Origin: Octopus sinensis
Lineage: Eukaryota
Reading direction: 5' to 3'
Length of the DNA: 12,398 bases
Assembly: GCF_006345805.1 (NCBI RefSeq)
Contig: NW_021826655.1
Location: forward strand, 1 to 12,398
Within the stretch, counting starts at the first letter, position 1; every line of letters starts with the position of its first letter. The notes beneath the pieces were generated by a model. The model ran no database searches. It had not been told where the DNA came from and worked only from the letters and a program-made list of their open reading frames with translations. The position numbers were made by a program, and so were the translations under genes. Of this stretch, positions 1-6,744 are shown in pieces.

Positions 1-59
1 GTGGAGACTGAGAAAGAAGAGGAGAGTGAGACAGAGAGAGTGAGAGAGAAGAGAACGAG

Positions 60-153
60 GGAGAGTCAAACCTTCGTCAATCCGCATTGGAATGGTCTTG
101 ATTGGAAAGCCTTTGATCAAAGATCTGCTGGATCAGTTCTAACCACCTCCGAA
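60..153 (+). mobile_element. Probable 3' end of a retroposon (SINE/LINE tail) running into a microsatellite tail
   Basis: Complex sequence ending GCCTTTGATCAAAGATCTGCTGGATCAGTTCTAACC, directly followed by (CTA)n/(CAA)n. It resembles a cephalopod SINE tail from memory; there is no second copy in the window to confirm. Confidence 0.3.
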
Positions 154-210
154 CTACCACTACTACTACTACTACTACTATACTACTACTAGCAACAATA
201 ACAACAACGA
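154..210. repeat. (CTA)n followed by degenerate (CAA)n microsatellite
   Basis: Directly visible tandem CTA and CAA units. Confidence 0.95.
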
Positions 211-284
211 CAAAAGCAAACGATTCTCCATGACTACACGTATAGAAAACAACATGAACAACGATACATCACACAAAATAAGTG

Positions 285-860
285 GCCTTACGTCCGTTTC
301 GACAGTGAAAATTTCGGCTGTTCGACCAACTGAATTACCTGCTCATTGAATTAGCATCTTATCGTATTTTCTCGTGTTGAATCGGCAGGACAAAACTATG
401 TAACAAGATTGAACCTTTAAATTGCAAGTACAACCCGTCTGGTGGGTTTCCGTACATTTTCCGTCTGTCCAGTTTCGGTCACGAGGTTTGGATCAATTCG
501 AAGTAACGGGGAAGAAGAAAAGATACTTGCACAAGATGGCGGCGAGCTGGCAGAAACGTTAACACGCCGGGCGAAATGTGTAGCCGTATTTCGTCTGCCG
601 CTACGTTCTGAGTTCAAATTCCGCCGAGGTCGACTTTGCCTTTCATCCTTTCGGAGTCGATTAAATAAGTACCAGTTACGCACTGGGGTCGATGTAATCG
701 ACTTAATCCCTTTGTCTGTCCTTGTTTGTCCCCTCTATGTTTAGCCCCCTGTGGGCAATAAAGAAATAGATACTTGCACAAGATGGCAAGTAGTGAGATT
801 GAACCTGGGGCCTCATGATTGCGAAGCGAACGTCTTAACCATTCGACCATGCTGACTGGT
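285..860 (-). mobile_element. Old tRNA-derived SINE (family A-like head plus family D-like 3' half), interrupted by the family B copy at 538-767
   Basis: The minus strand from 860 reads ACCAGTCAGCATGGTCGAATGGTTAAG (A box) ... GGTTCAATCTC (B box) ... CATCTTGTGCAAGTATCT (CORE-like). 461-540 and 788-850 align with family A copies (e.g. 8690-8825). 285-434 aligns with family D (4300-4490) apart from a ~35-nt gap. Confidence 0.75.
538..767 (+). mobile_element. tRNA-derived SINE family B, copy 1, full length with a 20-bp TSD
   Basis: GGCGGCGAGCTGGCAGAA head, B box GAGTTCAAATTCC and A-rich end AATAAAGAAAT. The exact direct repeat AGATACTTGCACAAGATGGC lies at 521-540 and 768-787. Highly similar to 1296-1525. 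Confidence 0.92.
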
Positions 861-1277
861 TAACACAACCGAATCCACTAAAAATACCCTCAAAACTTCA
901 GGTGGAGGTATTAAACCGGGGCGGCGGATCTAATGTACCAGCTTATAGGGTCCATAAGAGGTTGTGTTTAGATACTCAGCCATCACAACGCTGAGTACTT
1001 GTTGCGCACAAGGTCCAGGACTAAGTGTCTCGAGTTATGCTTCGCTAGCATTACTCGCAGGGTCATTAAGCTACCCGAGTAAGGCCTCTCATGCTGGACA
1101 GGTCAAAGAGTAGAGGCCAGACTAATATGGGGCCTCTGTCCATATTTTTGTCCAGAGGTAAAAAAAAAATGGGTTTGTGTGGAACCGACACCACTAGTTA
1201 GGAAAAAACAGCGGAGTTACAAAAGCATCGATAACAAGTTAAAACCATGGTTTTCATTCATACCATTAACCCAAGTA
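861..1277 (+). mobile_element. 417-bp insert between 10-bp direct repeats; part resembles an RTE-clade LINE 5' UTR
   Basis: GCTGACTGGT at 851-860 and 1278-1287. The segment CATGCTGGACAGGTCAAAGAGTAGAGGCCAGACT...GTCCAGAGGT resembles RTE 5' UTR motifs from memory. No terminal inverted repeats are seen. Confidence 0.4.
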
Positions 1278-1295
1278 GCTGACTGGTACTATATA

Positions 1296-1525
1296 GGCGG
1301 CGAGCTGGCAGAAACGTTAGCACGTCGGGCGAAATGCTTAGCGGTATTTCGTCTGCCGTTACGTTGTGAGTTCAAATTCCGCCGAGGTCGACTTTACCTT
1401 TCATCATTTCGGGGTCGATAAATTAAGTACCAGTTACGCACTGGGGTCGATGTAATCGACTTAATACCTATGTCTGTCCTTGTTTGTCCCTTCTATGTTT
1501 AGCCCCTTGTGAGTAATAAAGAAAT
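1296..1525 (+). mobile_element. tRNA-derived SINE family B, copy 2
   Basis: Colinear with 538-767 over its full length, and preceded by TATATA. Confidence 0.92.
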
Positions 1526-1630
1526 GGGTACTTTATTGTATCGACCTTGAAGGGATGAAGAGCAAAGTTGACCTCGGCGGGATTTGAACTCAGGACATAA
1601 AGAGCCAGGGAAAATACTAAAAATATCGTC
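1526..1630 (-). mobile_element. Diverged family B-related SINE fragment, inverted relative to copy 2
   Basis: The reverse complement CTGAGTTCAAATCCCGCCGAGGTCAACTTTGCTCTTCATCCCTTCAAGGTCGATACAATAAAGTACC matches the B core CTGAGTTCAAATTCCGCCGAGGTCGACTTTGCCTTTCATCCTTTCGG.GTCGAT. Confidence 0.85.
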
Positions 1631-1641
1631 GAGGATCTTCT

Positions 1642-1775
1642 ACAGCTGAGTGAACTGGAGCAATGTGAAATAAAGTTTCTTGCTCAAGAACACAACACGC
1701 AGCCCGGTCCGGGATTGGAACTCGCAACCTCACGATCGTAAGCTCGACGCTCTAACCACTGAGCCATGCGCCTTC
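1642..1775 (-). mobile_element. tRNA-derived CORE-type SINE, family C (5' part)
   Basis: Minus strand: GGCGCATGGCTCAGTGGTTAGAGC (A box), GAGTTCCAATCCC (B box), then TTGTGTTCTTGAGCAAGAAACTTTATTTCACATTGCTCCAGTTCACTCAGCTG (CORE-like). Similar to 4168-4289. Confidence 0.8.
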
Positions 1776-1954
1776 ACATACATCCATCCATACATACATA
1801 GAAAGTAACTTGAGCAGTGTACAGCTCCTATATATTTGCATTCCTCCCTATTATCCTAAACGCACTGGGCCATGCTACAATAGATTTCCATAAAAGCCTA
1901 GAAATGCTGGAGTTTCTCTAAGAAAGAACAAAGCAGGAGGATTCACATCCTACT

Positions 1955-1991
1955 AATTCGATCGATTAGTTAAATGCTAATCGATCGAATT
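1955..1991. other. Perfect 15-bp inverted repeat with a 7-nt loop
   Basis: AATTCGATCGATTAG-TTAAATG-CTAATCGATCGAATT. Confidence 0.95.
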
Positions 1992-2084
1992 TGGAAAATT
2001 TGTAAAACATTCTAGAAATTCTTGATTCGTGATGAGTTTATTGGAATGGACATAAGCATACAATCGCAAGTACGTATGACGTAC

Positions 2085-2236
2085 ACACATGTACACACAC
2101 ACACACCTACAATGTGCGCGTGTGTGTGTGTGTGTGTGTGTGTGTTTGTGTGTGTGCCTGTCTGTCTATCTGTTTGTCTGTCTGTCTGTGTTTGTGTCCT
2201 GTGTGTGTGTCCTGTGTGTGTTTATGTGTGTGTGCT
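2085..2236. repeat. Compound (CA)n/(TG)n/(TCTG)n microsatellite
   Basis: Directly visible. Confidence 0.95.
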
Positions 2237-2237
2237 T

Positions 2238-2391
2238 GGGTGGTTGGGGTAAGAAGCTTGCTTCCCCACCACATGGTTCCAGGTTCAATCCCACTGCGTG
2301 GCACCTTGGGCAAGTGTCTTCTACTATAGCCCCGGGCCCACCAAATCCTTGTGAGTGGATTTGGTAGACGGAAACTGAAGGAAGCCCATCG

Positions 2392-2422
<31 letters not shown>

Positions 2423-2640
2423 GGGGTCTTTCAGTCTCTGTGTGTGCCCACCTTAACCTGACAACCGGTGTTGGTGTGTTTGCGACCCCGCATCCTAGCA
2501 GTTAGACAAAAGAGACCGATAGAATAAGTACCAGGCTTTAAAAATTAAAAATAAAGTACTAGGTTCGGTAGATTCGACTAAAATTTCATCGAGGTGGTGC
2601 CCCAGCATGGCCACGGTCTAATGACTGAAGCACGTAAAAA
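2238..2640 (+). mobile_element. SINE family A, near full length, with internal (TA)n
   Basis: tRNA-like head with B box GGTTCAATCCC, CCTTGGGCAAGTGTCTT CORE-like motif, internal (TA)n at 2392-2419, and 3' tail CCAGCATGGCC...ATGACTGAA. Colinear with 7170-7572. Confidence 0.9.
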
Positions 2641-2970
2641 AAATTTAAAAACACAAACAATAATAAAAAAACTTATGTACTACGGTGACAAATGTCGAAG
2701 TGCATTTCTTGACCAAGTTTGCATACATGAGGCTGATAACATCATAAGATTTGGAAGGCAGCTCCTTGAGCACCGTTTCTTGTCTGATAATCTAGAATTC
2801 ATGCCCAAAGAAGTCGCAACATACAATCTATGTATATAATATATATAATATATATATAATCTACCGCAACATATAATCAGAAATGAAAGAATGAGCCAAT
2901 ATGAGTAGAAGACTATGCATTGATATGTTAGTAGAAATCTTGAAATAAACTGAATAATTACATACATACA

Positions 2971-3339
2971 TTAATATGGCTGCCCCCTCGTTATCGATTA
3001 TGGCCATTGCACGAAGCTTAACTGTTACTGGTGCTGTGATCGAATGTGACTTTTTAGCCCAGCTAAAGATCTACAATGTTTTGTACAAAATTGGCAACTT
3101 AAACCTTTACTGGTAATAGCTGGCTGTAGTTGTAACTGGGCTTCATGTACCTTTGCATGTCGTTTAAGTCCTCCTGCCGAATTACACTCTCTTCCACATG
3201 CCCGACAGATATGATTAGTATGGTGTGTTACACCACCACCAGTGGCCAGGTTGTCACTCATCTGTCTCGTTTTATGACTACGAAGATGACTCATGAGTCC
3301 AGCTTTACTGAGGCAGGGTCTTGCACAGATACATACATA
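2971..3339 (-). mobile_element. 5'-truncated RTE-like non-LTR retrotransposon 3' end
   Basis: ORF end with C.S..GL..H-type zinc fingers, stop at 3025-3027, a ~55-nt 3' UTR ending GGCCATAATCGATAACGAGGGGGCAGCCATATT, then a (TGTA)n tail. A short 3' UTR, microsatellite tail and terminal fingers are consistent with the RTE clade. Confidence 0.7.
3025..3333 (-). pseudogene. C-terminal 102 codons of a LINE ORF: three tandem C2H2-type zinc fingers
   Basis: CICARPCLSKAGLMSHLRSH; CRACGRECNSAGGLKRHAKVH (C-x2-C-x12-H-x3-H); CQFCTKHCRSLAGLKSHIRSQH (C-x2-C-x12-H-x4-H). The upstream part of the listed 239-aa ORF is translated microsatellite. Confidence 0.8.
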
Positions 3340-3443
3340 GGTAGGTACATGCCTACATACATTCATACGTACGTACGTGTGTGCGGGCGAGCATACATAC
3401 ATACGTACATACATACATACATACATACTTGCATACGTGCATG

Positions 3444-3493
<50 letters not shown>

Positions 3494-3708
3494 TAACACA
3501 TACATACATCCATACAATACTTGCATACGTGCATATATATATATATATACACATACATACATACATACATAGGTAGGTACATGCCTACATATATACATAC
3601 GTACGTACGTGTGTGCGTGCGTCCGTACGCGTGCGAGCATACATACATACGTACATACATACATACATACATACATACATACATACATACATACATACAT
3701 ACATACAT
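3330..3708. repeat. Compound (TACA)n/(TA)n tract with a 232-bp-period internal duplication
   Basis: AGGTAGGTACATGCCTACATA...CATACGTACGTACGTGTGTGCG...GCGAGCATAC starts at 3339 and again at 3571. TACTTGCATACGTGCAT occurs at 3426 and 3518. Confidence 0.92.
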
Positions 3709-3968
3709 CCTGTAATTATCAGAACACTGGGACATGTAACACACTGCCTAAATACTAATCTTGAGAAAGTAGGACTCAAAGACTACAGATTCAATCCATC
3801 ACTGGAACTGTAAGAAATCTGTAAAACTGTCCAGACGTTTTTTCACTTAAGTATGCATCTATGTTCATGAGAAGACACACACAAAACAAAACATATAAAT
3901 CTGCACATATACATACATTACATATAATGTTGATGTTGAAATTCCAATGAAGGAGCCTTGGATCTAGA
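3708..3968 (+). mobile_element. Degenerate C-terminus and 3' UTR of an R4/Dong-like (restriction-like endonuclease) LINE
   Basis: PVIIRTLGHVTHCLNTNLEKVG, then in shifted frames LQIQSITGTV and ICKTVQTF. This resembles the R4/Dong terminal pattern PxxIGxLG...LQKxxLxGTxxI. It begins directly after (TACA)n. Confidence 0.5.
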
Positions 3969-4167
3969 TTATTTTGAAAAAAAAAATTATGAAAAAAGTT
4001 TAAAATTAAGGAAATGGGGTTGGTGGGTGGTAATTTAGAAATGTCGATTTTTGCCAATTTTTTTTTTTTTGCAGATTTGTATTCCCCGTAGCCGAAAAAG
4101 GGGGTTTGCGTCGAAAAAAAATATCTTTTAAGGGTGGTTTTGGGGGTGGGGACGGGCGGAAGTCTAG

Positions 4168-4289
4168 CCCATTTTTTACCCCGCTGAGTCGACTGGAGTC
4201 AACTTGAGATAAAATGTCTGGCTGAAGGACACAACGCGCCGGCGAGTATTGAACCCACGACTTTACGATCGCGAGCCGAATAACTCTAA
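4168..4289 (-). mobile_element. SINE family C fragment; 5' end of the head missing
   Basis: Minus strand: TTAGAGTTATTCGGCTCGCGATCGTAAAGTCGTGGGTTCAATACTC...GTTGTGTCCTTCAGCCAGACATTTTATCTCAAGTTGACTCCAGTCGACTCAGC. Matches 1642-1775. Confidence 0.75.
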
Positions 4290-4296
4290 ATATATA

Positions 4297-4676
4297 GGAG
4301 CACTCCGTCGGTTACGACGATGAGGGTCCCAGCTGATACGATCAACGGAACAGCTTGCTCGTGGAATTAACGTGCAAGTGGCTAAGCATTCCAGACACGT
4401 GTACCCTTAACGTAGTTCTCGAGGAGATTCAGCGTGACACAGAGTGTGACAAGGTCGGCCCTTTGAAATACAGGTACAACAGAAACAGGAAGTAAGAGTG
4501 AGAGAAAGTTGTGGTGAAAGAGTACAGCAGGGATCACCACCACCCCCTGCAGGAGCCTTGTGAAGCTTTACGCGTTTTCGCTCAATAAACACTCACAACG
4601 CCCGGTCTGGGAATCGAAACCGCGATCCTACGACCGCGAGTCCGCTGCCCTAACCACTGGGCCATTGCGCCTCCAC
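4297..4676 (-). mobile_element. SINE family D, full length (tRNA-Arg-like head, RTE-type tail)
   Basis: A box TGGCCCAGTGG, anticodon-like CTCGCGG, B box GGTTTCGATTCCC, and tail CATCGTCGTAACCGACGGAGTGC. Candidate 11-bp TSD AACTC(T/C)AAATA at 4282-4292 and 4677-4687. Colinear with 5936-6305. Confidence 0.92.
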
Positions 4677-5097
4677 AACTCCAAATAATCTAGTAACGCG
4701 CCTGTGCACTTATGAGAGACGTTGCCACCGAATGTCGACTCTCGCTGAAGCGCCTTCTCCATTAACCGTCTGTCAGCTCTTGCTTGCAAGACGAAACCAA
4801 GCACGCCATCAAAATCTTATGCTTAAAAGCCATTCCACACTGAACAACTCTCTGCAGCCATATATCTACGCAAACGTCAATTATAGTAATTGCTAAATAC
4901 CACTTCTTAACACAGATAGAAGTAATTACATGGGAATTTTATACATAACACTTCACATATATTTTAAGCGTAGAAGATAATTTTTTTTTCCTTCTTCGTT
5001 TTTCGTTTCTTTTTGTGTTTTTGTTTTTTATTTTATTTTTACCTTTTCCAAAAATCTAAAAATCTTAACAATAAGCGTGCATTTATAGCAGAAACAT

Positions 5098-5341
5098 TCA
5101 CATAAACATGATACACACACATACTCACACACACACTCTCACATACATACACACACATACTCTCACATACATACAAAAACACACAGATATTCACACACAC
5201 TCTCACATTCACACACACACACACATTCATGGATGTGCAACGATATGCCTGTGTATGTATATAGCAAATATGCACATGGAGGTGTAGAGATATAATGTAT
5301 GCATAGAGATATAAGTACATGTGTGTGTGTACATATGCATA

Positions 5342-5392
<51 letters not shown>

Positions 5393-5455
5393 TATATATA
5401 TTATGTATATGTACACGTATAGTATATATACATGTATATATATATAATATATATT
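5098..5455. repeat. Compound (CA)n/(TG)n/(TA)n microsatellite
   Basis: Directly visible. Confidence 0.95.
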
Positions 5456-5554
5456 ACCGAGTAAACACATAAATGTGAAACAAGGTGGGAAAAGAGTTCA
5501 AATCACCAGTGGTAGAGTAACATGCTTTATTTAAAGCAGCAGAAAATTCAACAA

Positions 5555-5594
<40 letters not shown>

Positions 5595-5637
5595 GGTGTG
5601 TGTATATACTTAATTTAAGCAGCAGAAAATTCAACAA

Positions 5638-5674
5638 CCTGTACTCCGAGTTTCGCGTTGCCGTTCTCGGACAG
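5638..5674 (-). ncRNA. Second hammerhead-like copy, on the opposite strand
   Basis: The reverse complement CUGU CCGA-GA ACGGCAACGC GAAAC UCGGA GUA CAGG is the same motif with two single-base deletions. Confidence 0.5.
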
Positions 5675-5694
5675 TTTTTTTGTTCTAGCAAAAA

Positions 5695-5731
5695 CTGTCC
5701 GATGACGGCAACGCGAAACTCGGAGTAACAG
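5695..5731 (+). ncRNA. Minimal type I hammerhead ribozyme-like motif (variant core CCGAUGA)
   Basis: Stem I CUGU(5695-98)/ACAG(5728-31); CCGAUGA 5699-5705; stem II CG-GCAA-CG; GAAA at 5715; stem III ACU-CGG-AGU; cleavage triplet GUA 5725-5727. Confidence 0.6.
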
Positions 5732-5776
5732 GTTTTGTTGAATTTTCTGCTGCTTTAAATAAAGTATATACACACA

Positions 5777-5818
<42 letters not shown>

Positions 5819-5935
5819 TATATTATTATATATATATATATATATATATGCATATATGTGTGTGTACGCACGTATATGTATATATGTAGGTATGCATATA
5901 TGTACATACATAGCGTGTGTGTATGTGAGTGTAAA

Positions 5936-6305
5936 GGAGCAATGGCCCAGTGGTTAGGACAGCGGGCTCGCGGTCGTAGGATTGTGGGTTCAATTCCCAG
6001 ACTGGGCGTTGTGAATTTTTATTGAGAGAAAAGACCTAAAAACTCCACAAGGCTCCGGCAGGGGCGGGGGCGAACCCTGTTGTATTCTTTCACCGCAACT
6101 TTCTCTCTTTCTTCCTGTTTCTGCTCTACCTGTATTTCAAAGGGGTCAGCCTTGTCACACTCTGTGTCATGCTGAATCTCCCCCGAGAACTACGTTAAGG
6201 GTACACGTGTCTGCGGAGTGCTCAACCACTTGCACGTTAATTTCACGAGCAAGCTGTTCCGTTGATCAGCTCAACTGGAACCCTCGTCGTCGTGGCCGAC
6301 GGAGC
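5936..6305 (+). mobile_element. SINE family D, full length
   Basis: A box TGGCCCAGTGG, B box GGTTCAATTCCC, and tail CGTCGTCGTGGCCGACGGAGC. It is the inverted counterpart of 4297-4676. Confidence 0.92.
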
Positions 6306-6309
6306 AGCG

Positions 6310-6433
6310 CATGCTACATGTTTGTGTGTACGCACATGTATGTAGGTAAAGCATACATGTACATACATAGCGTGTGTGTGAGTATGTGCGCATGTGTGTG
6401 TGTGTGTGTTGTGTATGTGTGTGTTTGCAAGAA

Positions 6434-6466
<33 letters not shown>
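6310..6466. repeat. (TG)/(TATG)-rich tract followed by (GA)n
   Basis: Directly visible; (GA)n at about 6437-6466. Confidence 0.9.
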
Positions 6467-6470
<4 letters not shown>

Positions 6471-6690
6471 ACGATAAATGAGATAACTGTAAACTCCTAG
6501 ACAAATATAAAACAAATGTTTTGTTTTTTTCTTGGAACTTCAAGTAATGTATAGCATCGATTCTACATTTGTGTTTGGGTGCACATGTATGTGTGGATGC
6601 ATACGGTCTATGCATATATATAAACGCACATACAAACACACATACATAAATGCACAATCACACACACACATATACATACACATACATGCA

Positions 6691-6744
6691 TACTCTTCTC
6701 TTTTTACTCTTTTACTTGTTTCAGTCATTTGACTGCGGCCATGC
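6691..6744 (-). mobile_element. Family A 3' tail only (severely 5'-truncated)
   Basis: The reverse complement GCATGGCCGCAGTCAAATGACTGAAACAAGTAAAAGAGTAAAAAGAG matches the tail at 7533-7570. Confidence 0.88.

Larger units (their letters stand above)
5460..5765. mobile_element. Penelope-like element terminal (pLTR-like) fragments, partly duplicated and inverted
   Basis: A hammerhead-like motif followed by a T-rich stretch and AATAAA, which is the layout of PLE termini. The arm sequence TTTATTTAAAGCAGCAGAAAATTCAACAAAA occurs three times (5526-5556, 5610-5637, and inverted at 5733-5763). Confidence 0.55.
5556..5815. repeat. ~260-bp near-perfect palindrome centred at ~5685
   Basis: Arms ~5556-5682 and ~5689-5815 are complementary, including the flanking (TA)n and TGTATGT..GTGTGTATATACT. 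They differ mostly by 1-nt indels. Confidence 0.92.

Noticed and set aside
417-1421. ORFs across family B copies (e.g. GELAETL...EFKFRRGRL)
   Set aside because: The shared peptide only reflects two copies of a non-coding tRNA-derived SINE.
1700-1775. Real tRNA genes at SINE heads (also 4600-4676, 5936-6005, 8760-8837)
   Set aside because: A and B boxes are present but there is no complete acceptor stem, and each head continues into a SINE body.
3025-3744. 239-aa ORF as a member of the octopus C2H2 zinc-finger gene expansion
   Set aside because: The first ~135 aa are microsatellite. The fingers lack TGEKP linkers and are followed by a retroposon-type 3' UTR and tail.
4132-4156. G-quadruplex motif with four G runs
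   Set aside because: It lies in a stretch that looks homopolymer-distorted, so it may be an artefact.
4770-4810. Hammerhead-like TCTTG hairpin followed by CGAAAC
   Set aside because: The core reads CTGTCAG rather than CTGANGA, there is no GUH site, and stem I does not pair.
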